Below, one piece after another: positions 29,291 to 37,255 of a stretch of 54,287 nt of DNA (within the stretch, counting starts at the first letter, position 1; every line of letters begins with the position of its first letter). The notes under the pieces are model-generated. The model had not been told where the DNA came from. It ran no database searches and worked only from the letters and a program-made list of their open reading frames with translations. The position numbers and the translations under genes are program-made. The DNA is taken from positions 1 to 54,287 of IMG/VR virus record IMGVR_UViG_3300017987_000113; one strand, given 5' to 3'. Source of the DNA: a virus. Lineage: Duplodnaviria; Caudoviricetes.

Positions 29291-29412
29291 GCAGTGATAC
29301 GGGCCACGTAGGTATAAGTATCCTGCCTGGACTGATCACTAACCACACACAATATTTTTTTTTACAAGGTAATGATGGGCAGTCTTAGGACTGCTCTATT
29401 GTTACCACAACA

Positions 29413-29649
29413 TTGTTAGTTATGAATAAGAAACATCTTAGAGATATTTGTAAGATAGGACAGGGTAAGCTTTGTTGCAGATACCTGGTAGTAGGTGGCA
29501 AGGGCTTTGAATGCTCTAAGCATACCGATACTAAAACATATATTGATGCCAGGGTAAAGGCTAAGAGTATGAATGCTCGGGGAGATAACTGTAAAGGATA
29601 TCCTGCTGAAGAATCAATCAGAGTACTTAATAATGATCCAGCTGAATAA
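29413..29649 (+). CDS. Cys-rich hypothetical protein
   Basis: CKIGQG..CCRYL....GFEC...ARGDNC. Confidence 0.6.
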   Translation: MLVMNKKHLRDICKIGQGKLCCRYLVVGGKGFECSKHTDTKTYIDARVKAKSMNARGDNCKGYPAEESIRVLNNDPAE

Positions 29650-29662
29650 ATAAATTAAAGCC

Positions 29663-29833
29663 ATGAGAAAGCCAAAAAAACATTTCACTGAGAGAGACCA
29701 AAGCAGAAGGTGTGTTGTCTGCAGAAGGCCTCTAAAATTAAATCTATTAGCTACCAGACCTGATGCTACACACTGCTACAAGCACTGGAAGGAGCTTAAA
29801 TTATCTAACTCTAAAAAACATTCAAAGCCATGA
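29663..29833 (+). CDS. Small zinc-finger-like protein
   Basis: Manually translated: RCVVCRRPLK...HCYKH; AAAGCCATG start. Confidence 0.45.
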   Translation: MRKPKKHFTERDQSRRCVVCRRPLKLNLLATRPDATHCYKHWKELKLSNSKKHSKP

Positions 29834-30306
29834 AAGAAAAAAGAGCAACATTATTTATCATTTTTGCAGTAAATGTGATCCTGATAACAACATTGGTGAT
29901 CATATATTACACAACACCTCTGGATAACCTGCTTACCTATGGTCGGACAGGTGCATTCTGGGTGTTGCTTACCATTGAATTGATCATCCTGGGTGTAACC
30001 TTGCCATTTTGGGGAACATTATTATTCTACAGAATCAGACCTCCTAAACTCAGTGATCTGTATAAAGAGTTTGGGCAGGTAATGACTGTATACTTCAGCT
30101 TTATGATCGTACAGCTTTTGGTGATTATAATATTATGGGATGTTAAGTATTCCTTTAACCATGTAGTTCCTGATCGATTATACTGGTTTATGCACGATAT
30201 TAACTATCATGCCGGTATCGCACTGATATGTTCAGTTGCTATCCTTATGATCGCTATTTACAGAGGCACAAGACGTACTATTCCAAAAGAGACAAGCTAT
30301 GACTAA
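29830..30306 (+). CDS. Four-TM membrane protein
   Basis: Four hydrophobic segments. Confidence 0.65.
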   Translation: MKEKRATLFIIFAVNVILITTLVIIYYTTPLDNLLTYGRTGAFWVLLTIELIILGVTLPFWGTLLFYRIRPPKLSDLYKEFGQVMTVYFSFMIVQLLVIIILWDVKYSFNHVVPDRLYWFMHDINYHAGIALICSVAILMIAIYRGTRRTIPKETSYD

Positions 30307-30514
30307 GCCTATGCAAATTGTAAAGGGCAATCGTATTGCTTTTGACTCTGCAGACAACAGAGTAAGGGGAACAGTTACTTATGTAGGTAGCTATTATTTT
30401 TATTTAACCCTTGAGACTACCTTTACAACCTGTGCTACGTGGAAACCAGGTGAAAGCAAAATGTTTACTTTTAATTCTATAACTAATCTTAAACAATTAA
30501 AACCAAAGCCATGA
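30299..30514 (+). CDS. Hypothetical protein
   Basis: Coupled ORF. Confidence 0.5.
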   Translation: MTKPMQIVKGNRIAFDSADNRVRGTVTYVGSYYFYLTLETTFTTCATWKPGESKMFTFNSITNLKQLKPKP

Positions 30515-30642
30515 AAAAACTTATTTTTCTTTTTCTTATTATCTGTATGCTTGCATTGATGAGCTGTCAGAGTAGCCGGTGTACTACCGGGTGTCTTACT
30601 CCGGAACACAAAAGATTTCAAACATCACACTGCAGAAGATGA
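30511..30642 (+). CDS. Small lipoprotein
   Basis: MKKLIFLFLIICMLALMS-C lipobox-type signal, 43 aa. Confidence 0.55.
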   Translation: MKKLIFLFLIICMLALMSCQSSRCTTGCLTPEHKRFQTSHCRR

Positions 30643-30854
30643 TACCTGAAGATAGTTTCCTATTGCTTATAGGAGGGGGAGTACTGCTATTGCTGTTTCT
30701 CTCCTTCCTTCAGTTTATCAAGCTGCCCTGGCGTAGAACATCTACAGGCAGACGTACTGATAAAATCGAATGGCTGGTTGTTACCTGCACATTACTCTAT
30801 ATTTTCATATCAATATTTTTGAGGTTAATACAAATAGCAAAGCAGATATTATGA
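30579..30854 (+). CDS. Two-TM membrane protein
   Basis: Two hydrophobic segments; real start probably MIPED. Confidence 0.5.
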   Translation: MYYRVSYSGTQKISNITLQKMIPEDSFLLLIGGGVLLLLFLSFLQFIKLPWRRTSTGRRTDKIEWLVVTCTLLYIFISIFLRLIQIAKQIL

Positions 30855-31069
30855 ACTATAAATGGAACTGGAAAAAGTATATTCTCTATACAATCAGTAT
30901 GCTGGTTATTGTTATGGCTCTGGGCAACTTTATGAGCCTGTATGCAGACCGTGATGAGCGTGGAGCTGCTTTAGGGTATCTGATCATTGCAGTTATCGTA
31001 GTAGCCTTTATATGGCTCTTAAGGTATGCTATTATAAAACATAAACAAAAGAGACCACCAAAAACTTAG
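30770..31069 (+). CDS. Two-TM membrane protein
   Basis: Two hydrophobic segments; real start probably MNYKW. Confidence 0.5.
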   Translation: MAGCYLHITLYFHINIFEVNTNSKADIMNYKWNWKKYILYTISMLVIVMALGNFMSLYADRDERGAALGYLIIAVIVVAFIWLLRYAIIKHKQKRPPKT

Positions 31070-31266
31070 GTGTTGTTGTAAATACTTGCCGCAGTGAAGA
31101 AAGTAACTGAAAGATACTGGTTAGGTTTTAAACCGAGCAAGCATGAGTAGGGTTTAGGCAGTCATTAAGGAGTACCTGCAAAGGATACTTAGCAAGACAG
31201 AACGTTTTAACAGCCAAAACGGTGTAGATGTACTGGTGGCCACAGAGGATCTACCAACAACACTTA
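31067..31266 (+). ncRNA. Candidate ~200-nt multi-stem RNA
   Basis: TAGGTGTTGTTG pairs with CAACAACACTTA; inner hairpins CCT-GCAA-AGG, CGTTTT/AAAACG, GTAGAT/ATCTAC. Confidence 0.5.
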
Positions 31267-31306
31267 TGATATTCCAAACCAGGCTGACTAAGTGGAGTTA
31301 GCTGTT

Positions 31307-31343
31307 AAGAGAGGGGTGAAGTATAGTAACCTCTCTCTTTTTT
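31307..31343 (+). terminator. Terminator-like hairpin
   Basis: AAGAGAGGGGT...ACCTCTCTC followed by T6. Confidence 0.6.
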
Positions 31344-31351
31344 AAACTTAT

Positions 31352-31456
31352 AGATCTGAGAGGCCGAGCAGACGAGGCCAAGAACACTCTGCAATAATGG
31401 TGTCTATGAAACAGTGCTGAGAGGCACAGACGGCCTGGCACCCTCAGATCTTTTTT
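31352..31456 (+). ncRNA. Candidate ~100-nt structured RNA
   Basis: AGATCTGAG/CTCAGATCT and AGGCCG/CGGCCT nested stems; GTGCT-GAGA-GGCAC GNRA hairpin. Confidence 0.5.
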
Positions 31457-31520
31457 ACGAACTTTAGCACTCCGAAAGGAGATCATATTTTTTTATTCAT
31501 AGTTTTCAGATTTTAAGTTT

Positions 31521-31553
31521 AAGGAGGCAGTATAGTTACTGTCTCCTTTTTTT
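31521..31553 (+). terminator. Intrinsic terminator
   Basis: AAGGAGGCAGTA-TAGT-TACTGTCTCC followed by T7. Confidence 0.75.
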
Positions 31554-31599
31554 ACGTCTTCAAGTTAATTTAATATATTACAAACCAAAATTATCTATT

Positions 31600-32235
31600 A
31601 TGTTATTAACTATTCCTAAAATTAAAAGCTTGGAGTATAGGTTTAAGATACGTAGTATCTCACCATACCTCCAGCACAAAATGAATGATCAAGACCTTCA
31701 AGAGTGGCTTGAGCACAGGGGTCATATCATCGAAAACAAAAGACAAAACATTCCTCACGAAATAATGGCTGATTTTCACAGCTATATTGATGAGGATGGT
31801 AAGTATTACTTTCCGACAAAACATCTCAAGCAATCGCTTGTTGGTGCCGGAAGACTGACTAAAGGAAAGGTAGGTAATTCTACACGATCACTCACAAATG
31901 TTGTAGCTGGTATGTGGAGAATAAAACCTGAAAGAATTTATATCGGTCACTGGGATAGTATTATGATTGAATCTGCAATAAATCACAGTGTAAAGGCCAG
32001 GGTGTTACCTATAAGACCTCAATGGGATTGTCTGGAATTTGAATTCTTCTTAACAGTAATGAACGACACTATGACAGATAAAACCGTCGTAAAGATCGTA
32101 CAGGACTCAGGACTATTTCAAGGGATAGGAAACTACCGGCCTGAACACAAGGGAGAGTTCGGTATGTTCGAGATTGTAGAAGCTGAAAGGCTGACAACAA
32201 AAGCAAAAGGAAGACCTAAGAAAACAGCTGCTTAA
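31600..32235 (+). CDS. Stand-alone RAMP/Cas7-like protein (Vipr-like RNA-guided effector candidate)
   Basis: N-terminal strand FKIRSISPYLQH, GKYYFPTKHLKQSLVGAG, IRPQW and C-terminal Gly-rich loop GLFQGIGNYRPEHKGEFGMFEI, characteristic of RAMP folds; no other cas genes nearby. Confidence 0.75.
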   Translation: MLLTIPKIKSLEYRFKIRSISPYLQHKMNDQDLQEWLEHRGHIIENKRQNIPHEIMADFHSYIDEDGKYYFPTKHLKQSLVGAGRLTKGKVGNSTRSLTNVVAGMWRIKPERIYIGHWDSIMIESAINHSVKARVLPIRPQWDCLEFEFFLTVMNDTMTDKTVVKIVQDSGLFQGIGNYRPEHKGEFGMFEIVEAERLTTKAKGRPKKTAA

Positions 32236-32241
32236 TAGCAT

Positions 32242-32272
32242 AAAGGGGAGGCTTTAATAGTTTCCCTTTTTT
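32242..32272 (+). terminator. Hairpin plus T-tract between RAMP gene and array
   Basis: AAAGGGGAGGCT-TTAAT-AGTTTCCC followed by T6. Confidence 0.6.
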
Positions 32273-32274
32273 GA

Positions 32275-32845
32275 TGTAATGTTTTGTGGTGTTGAGTACT
32301 TTAAAGCAACGTAGCGTATGGTGAAGTCCAGTTAAGCGAAGTATTGTATGGTTGAGTGTTTTTAACTTCATGTATGGTATTGTGAATTACAGCACCGTTT
32401 GGCGAAGTAGGGTGATGTATAGTATTTTGTGGTGTAATAAAGTAAAGTTCCGTCCTGTTATGCTATGTGCTGTACGGTAGGGTTATGTATTTTGAAGTCC
32501 AGTGAAGTTCTGCATAGTGATGTAATGTATAGTATTTTTATGTTATGTTATGTGGAGCAATGTAAAGTGTGGTTGTGTGTCGTATTTTTAACGTATTGTA
32601 TCGTCAGCTATAGTATGGCAGGGTTAGGTAAAGTTAAGTTAAGTGTTTTATGGTTATGTGAGGTATTGTAAGGTGTCGTTCTGTTAAGTTTTTTATAATA
32701 CTTCTTGTAGGGTGAGGTCTTGTACTGTAACGTAAGGCAAAGTAAAGTGTTTTATTGCTGAGTCTTGTGTGGTGTGGTAAGGTAAAGCAAAGCATTTTAT
32801 CGTGTAGCGGAGTATTGTCAAGTAAGGTAAACTATAGTATTTTTC
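32275..32845 (+). repeat. Non-coding 5-nt-periodic NGY-NN array, about 11 T-tract-delimited units (putative guide-RNA array)
   Basis: e.g. AGCAA CGTAG CGTAT GGTGA AGTCC AGTTA AGCGA AGTAT TGTAT GGTTG AGTGT TTTT; roughly 100 pentamers with near-invariant G at position 2 and pyrimidine at position 3. Confidence 0.9.
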
Positions 32846-32867
32846 AAATTTAAAATAAAACAAAAAA

Positions 32868-33218
32868 ATGAACAAATTTAAAGAATTAATTATCAAGAGT
32901 GGCCCTGAGATAAAAGCTCAAAGGGCACAAACGCTGGCAGATGCTACCTTCAGAAAGCAAACAGCATTAGTGAACAAACTGAAAGATGAACTGGCAGAGA
33001 TAGATCTGCAGATCGAGCAGATCACAGATATTGCACCTACCAATACATACAGTTTGAAACCTGGAGGCAAGTCCTTTGATCCTTCTAAATGGGTTGAGGA
33101 GTTACACAGGCTTAAACGTGAAAGGTATAATACCGAGATCGATTTAAGCATTGCTGTTGAAACACTGAACAGCTGGTTTGGAGAAATCCCTAATGTTACA
33201 ACAGATCAAAAGGCATGA
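32868..33218 (+). CDS. Hypothetical coiled-coil protein
   Basis: 116-aa ORF directly after the array. Confidence 0.65.
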   Translation: MNKFKELIIKSGPEIKAQRAQTLADATFRKQTALVNKLKDELAEIDLQIEQITDIAPTNTYSLKPGGKSFDPSKWVEELHRLKRERYNTEIDLSIAVETLNSWFGEIPNVTTDQKA

Positions 33219-33718
33219 AGGTTTATCTGGCTAAATCTAACAAAAGCTCTGTCCAGGATATAATCTTTTTAAATGATTTATTCCGGAAATACAATATTGA
33301 GGTTGTTGAGCATAAAGGTGGAACATATAGCTATCTTCCTATTAAGAAAACTGATTACCTGTTTTTAGTAGCACCGGCAAACAATGTTACTTATAGATAT
33401 GAAGGCACAAAGCTACATACAGGGAAAGGCACAGGATCCGAAGTTAAGTATTTTCGTGAGCGTGTAGATATGGATAATGCTTATGCTTTAATACCAGGCA
33501 CTACTTTGGTTTATCCCATTATTCACATTCAACATTCGGATGCAGAAGAATGGGCAACAGATTTTTATAAGTTGACCTTAGCTGATATTTCTTTAAAGGA
33601 AGCTGATTACAAGCGTATGTTTCACCAGATTTCTTCACGCAAAACAACTGAACAAAAACAACCTGAGTCAAAGAAGAATATAATCGACTTTAAGGATATT
33701 GATTTTAGCGATTTATAG
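33215..33718 (+). CDS. Hypothetical protein (possible nucleoside deoxyribosyltransferase/TIR-like fold)
   Basis: MKVYLA..., TDYLFLV and GKGTGSEV pattern; weak similarity. Confidence 0.4.
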   Translation: MKVYLAKSNKSSVQDIIFLNDLFRKYNIEVVEHKGGTYSYLPIKKTDYLFLVAPANNVTYRYEGTKLHTGKGTGSEVKYFRERVDMDNAYALIPGTTLVYPIIHIQHSDAEEWATDFYKLTLADISLKEADYKRMFHQISSRKTTEQKQPESKKNIIDFKDIDFSDL

Positions 33719-33720
33719 TT

Positions 33721-33728
33721 TATATTTG
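33721..33728 (+). promoter_or_regulatory. Bacteroidota -7 promoter element
   Basis: TATATTTG with TTG 19 nt upstream. Confidence 0.65.
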
Positions 33729-33860
33729 TATTCTCTTGTATAAACAATAAAGAACAAAACCATGATCATCTTAACCCGGAAAGCCCTTGGAAGGAGGAGC
33801 ATTCTTAAATATCCCAATCCCGGGGAATAATTAATACTTCATTTTGAAAAGATTTAGTTG

Positions 33861-33894
33861 AGGGGGCTGCCGGTTATCGGCGGCTCCTTTTTTT
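33861..33894 (+). terminator. Intrinsic terminator
   Basis: GGGGGCTGCCG-GTTAT-CGGCGGCTCC followed by T7. Confidence 0.8.
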
Positions 33895-33915
33895 ATTAAC
33901 TTTAAAACAACAGCC

Positions 33916-34233
33916 ATGAGACAAGTTAGCTTTTTATCTGAAAGATTCTGGAGAGAGGATTTCTTCAACTTCAATGTAGAAGATAAGAAATACCTGGCAA
34001 AGTTCTTCAAGCCCTTCAGAATAACCGTTCAGGTAGATATAGTCAATAACACCTGCCACTTGACTATCAACGGTGTAAAAGACAAAATAGGAAAAATATA
34101 TAAATTTGCAGGTAGAACAGGTATGCGTAAGCTGGAAGAAATACTGAGCAGAAACAAAACAGCTACTATTATCCGTAATAACACAACTCCACAAATTATT
34201 AAATACTTACTGGTATGGGAAGAAAGCCACTGA
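33916..34233 (+). CDS. Hypothetical protein
   Basis: ORF track. Confidence 0.6.
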   Translation: MRQVSFLSERFWREDFFNFNVEDKKYLAKFFKPFRITVQVDIVNNTCHLTINGVKDKIGKIYKFAGRTGMRKLEEILSRNKTATIIRNNTTPQIIKYLLVWEESH

Positions 34234-34655
34234 AATACTATGTATCATTATCACAAGGCGGTACAAAAGCAAATCTGAGTAACTTTCCGGAACTGGAAAA
34301 ATACCTGGTACAGCATAATGACGCTGTAATGCACAATATTGAGCAAATGCGTAAACCTAAAGACAAGAGGTTTATCAGAAACCTCAGCGTATTTTATTCT
34401 CATTTTCAAGAATTGGTACAGCCTATTAAAAGACTGGATAATGTAAAAGATCCATGGGTAATGATTATATGGATCACCAGTCTTGAGCTTATGCGAATAA
34501 CCAGGCAAAAGAAATTATTCTACTTTACATGTCCTGAGTGTGGGCATACTACTCCTGAAACTAAAGCCAAACCTGATATCGAAAGATCTATTGTCAGATG
34601 CAGGGAATGTGGCTGTTCAAGAATACAATCATATTTTACTAAAACCTTTAAATAA
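34215..34655 (+). CDS. Hypothetical protein with C-terminal zinc ribbon
   Basis: CPECG...CRECG. Confidence 0.6.
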   Translation: MGRKPLKYYVSLSQGGTKANLSNFPELEKYLVQHNDAVMHNIEQMRKPKDKRFIRNLSVFYSHFQELVQPIKRLDNVKDPWVMIIWITSLELMRITRQKKLFYFTCPECGHTTPETKAKPDIERSIVRCRECGCSRIQSYFTKTFK

Positions 34656-35304
34656 TAAAAAAATGATAGACAAAGGAAAAAACATTCTGGCCATTATAAT
34701 AATTGTACTGAGCTGTGGATTTCTGTTCTACTGGAACTGGATGATAGCACTGCCGGTTACTTTTATTACAATCACACTACTGTTAATACACATTGACAGA
34801 ATAAACCTTATAGCAAAAGCTTTTCTTCAGGTTGACGAAATAATAGCTGAAAGTATCGAAATGATTAAAGATAATAAGGAAGAACTCTTTTCATATATTG
34901 ATGCAGAAACTGGTCAATTAAGAAATGATTTTGAGTCTAATATCCTTGAATCTGCTGAAACTACAACAAATAATATACAGTGTGTTATAGATAAGCAAAA
35001 AACACATCTTAATATCTTAAGAGAACAATCAATAAAACAACTTCTTAGCCTTATTTACTTGCAGCTGAGTCCTGTTAAGATAGTTAAGGAGGGTATATGT
35101 CCACATTGCCAGGGAACGTTGCTTATACAGGCTAAATATACCAAAGGAGAGAAACTTTCTAATACTGGTTATCTATGCCTGGATTGCGGTAAAGCAAGCA
35201 ATACACTTAAAGAAATTAAATATGGAAAAACCGACACTGGAAAAACTAACACTGTTAAACGTAAATCCAAATCTGCTAAAAAGGATGAAGGAAAATCCGG
35301 ATAG
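34540..35304 (+). CDS. Membrane protein with C-terminal zinc ribbon
   Basis: Two TM segments and CPHC...CLDC; real start probably MIDKGK. Confidence 0.6.
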   Translation: MGILLLKLKPNLISKDLLSDAGNVAVQEYNHILLKPLNNKKMIDKGKNILAIIIIVLSCGFLFYWNWMIALPVTFITITLLLIHIDRINLIAKAFLQVDEIIAESIEMIKDNKEELFSYIDAETGQLRNDFESNILESAETTTNNIQCVIDKQKTHLNILREQSIKQLLSLIYLQLSPVKIVKEGICPHCQGTLLIQAKYTKGEKLSNTGYLCLDCGKASNTLKEIKYGKTDTGKTNTVKRKSKSAKKDEGKSG

Positions 35305-35458
35305 ATATATAGTTGTCTGCAGAGACACTACAATCTATGTGGTATATAATGCCTACATCAAAATAGGAGAAACAACAAAGCCTGATCTAAACATCAAAGC
35401 ATGGAAGATCGAGGGTGACGTAATACATTTATTTCATTTTGAAAAAGTAACAGCATGA
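35222..35458 (+). CDS. Hypothetical protein
   Basis: ORF track. Confidence 0.5.
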   Translation: MEKPTLEKLTLLNVNPNLLKRMKENPDRYIVVCRDTTIYVVYNAYIKIGETTKPDLNIKAWKIEGDVIHLFHFEKVTA

Positions 35459-35958
35459 GCCAAATTATAATCGATGAAAAAGAAATTATTGAAGCCTGGG
35501 AAAGTAGCCAGGCAGCAAGACAAGTCCTTAATAAACTCTTTCCTGCAGTACTCAAAGAACATAATGAAAAACTGGAGACTGAAGAAAGATGCAGGCGTAT
35601 CAGACTACTGCCTGGAACATTAATAGCCCGTATGTCAGGAGAAAAGTTCAAGCTATATATGGTTGTTAATGATAAGGATTTAGGTCATTCTTCATACCGT
35701 GTGGTTAACTTAACTAATGGGTATGTATGGAAAACAGTTTTCACCGGATCAACCGATACTATCTCTTTATATGAATTAGATCAGGGTATGCGTAAAACCG
35801 GCCTTAGAGTAAAACATTTTATTGTTTTTACCAAAGGTGTATGGAAGCAAATGGTATTACAATTATTAGGATCCAAAACTACATATTCAGAAATAGTATT
35901 TAACCAGGAATTGTTTACAAGTTATGCCCAAAATTTGTCAAAAAACCTCATGCGATAG
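35455..35958 (+). CDS. Hypothetical protein
   Basis: ORF track. Confidence 0.6.
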   Translation: MSQIIIDEKEIIEAWESSQAARQVLNKLFPAVLKEHNEKLETEERCRRIRLLPGTLIARMSGEKFKLYMVVNDKDLGHSSYRVVNLTNGYVWKTVFTGSTDTISLYELDQGMRKTGLRVKHFIVFTKGVWKQMVLQLLGSKTTYSEIVFNQELFTSYAQNLSKNLMR

Positions 35959-36445
35959 ATTTGTTTTTTCTCATGGCTACTGCAAGGTTCACCAGTATCT
36001 CCGCAAGGATGATAAGTGGGTTAAGCAGTTGCAGAAACGCAAGCAGGCCGGTACCAACAGTAGGTCTACCCAATCTGGCCGGTCTGTCTTGCCTTCTGTA
36101 TCCAAGAAACAACAAATTATAAATAATAAGATCCATGATAATAAACAAGATCTCATTCGAGCCAATGGCCAAACCTGTTTCTTTTGCGGAGGGTTTGCAA
36201 ACGATTACATGCACATTTTTCCAAAAAGCCTCTTTCCGGAATACGTCACAGAAAAGTGGAATGGTGTTTTATCCTGTAGAGATCACCATACCATATTCGA
36301 CGATTACCCTGGCCAACGCCACAAGCTACAAAACATTATGTTCTTACTTGAATTAATATTGTGTGTAGATATAAGGTACTATTTCAGGTTTATTGAAAAA
36401 ATGGAGGTTAAACTGGATCTTAGTAAATATATTGACGATGAATAA
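35924..36445 (+). CDS. HNH/NinG-like nuclease
   Basis: CFFCG...HIFPK...N...CRDHH..FD. Confidence 0.65.
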   Translation: MPKICQKTSCDRFVFSHGYCKVHQYLRKDDKWVKQLQKRKQAGTNSRSTQSGRSVLPSVSKKQQIINNKIHDNKQDLIRANGQTCFFCGGFANDYMHIFPKSLFPEYVTEKWNGVLSCRDHHTIFDDYPGQRHKLQNIMFLLELILCVDIRYYFRFIEKMEVKLDLSKYIDDE

Positions 36446-36899
36446 ACAACAGATAAAAGACGAATTTATCAACGCTTGTGAAATATTGGAAACAATGTAT
36501 AATCATAGGTGGCATGATGCTAAAGAATGTCCATTATGTCCGATAGCTATAAAGCACAGAAATATTTTTCTTCAGAAACATGAAAGAAACTACAGCCAGA
36601 TATGCAAATTTTGTATTCATGCACGCCATGATAAACCAGAATTTGATCCATGCTTAAGCCAATATACTTATAGACTATATGCACTAAATAATGCTCATCA
36701 CCTCAGAGAGCAGTTTTATTATGATCTTATACCTATACTGAAAGAACTGCCAGCAGAACGCTTCTATGGTGGGCATACGGCTACACGTTTTCCTGAGATA
36801 TATCGATTAGACTTTAAACTTTATCAAGATGTTATTACAAATCTTTCTAAACAGTCCTTATTCAAAAAGCCGGATAGAGGAAAGCCTTCTAAGCAATGA
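36393..36899 (+). CDS. Cys-rich hypothetical protein
   Basis: CPLC...CKFC...C. Confidence 0.55.
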   Translation: MKKWRLNWILVNILTMNKQQIKDEFINACEILETMYNHRWHDAKECPLCPIAIKHRNIFLQKHERNYSQICKFCIHARHDKPEFDPCLSQYTYRLYALNNAHHLREQFYYDLIPILKELPAERFYGGHTATRFPEIYRLDFKLYQDVITNLSKQSLFKKPDRGKPSKQ

Positions 36900-37083
36900 A
36901 GAAGTTGCTCAAATACTTGAGGAGATAGCTCACCAGGTAAGAGAAGGCAACAGGCACAGACCAGATCATAACCTGGATTCTCACAGCGGATTAGAAGAAG
37001 TACTTGAGGCAGGTGTAGGCTGGACAATTTATTATAAACCATTAAAAGATGTCAAAATTCCAAAAAGAAAAAAGACTCAATGA
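36829..37083 (+). CDS. Hypothetical protein
   Basis: ORF track. Confidence 0.45.
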   Translation: MLLQIFLNSPYSKSRIEESLLSNEEVAQILEEIAHQVREGNRHRPDHNLDSHSGLEEVLEAGVGWTIYYKPLKDVKIPKRKKTQ

Positions 37084-37255
37084 GCTTACGGAAAAAATAT
37101 ACCGTATAGCTAATACTCAAGGCTATGATGATGCCTTTGATATAATAAAAAATGAATTAATAGAATTCGAAAAAGATATTCTACCACCGGAAGAACCAGA
37201 TCCGGATGCTTATAAAAGAGACGAAGAAGATAAAACCTATGTCGCAGGATGTTAA
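37049..37255 (+). CDS. Hypothetical protein
   Basis: ORF track. Confidence 0.5.
   Translation: MSKFQKEKRLNELTEKIYRIANTQGYDDAFDIIKNELIEFEKDILPPEEPDPDAYKRDEEDKTYVAGC

Noticed and set aside
31352-31456. Hammerhead ribozyme
   Set aside because: CTGAGAG and GAAAC are present, but the CUGANGA core and three-stem geometry could not be assembled.
32465-32671. 68-aa plus-strand ORF
   Set aside because: Lies within the pentamer array; its Cys/Val/Tyr-rich translation is a by-product of GT periodicity.
32275-32845. CRISPR array or simple microsatellite
   Set aside because: No 23-47-nt identical direct repeats with spacers, and pentamers are not identical copies; only two of five positions are fixed.
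32693-32896. 67-aa minus-strand ORF
   Set aside because: Antisense to the array; repetitive LPY/T translation reflects the 5-nt period.
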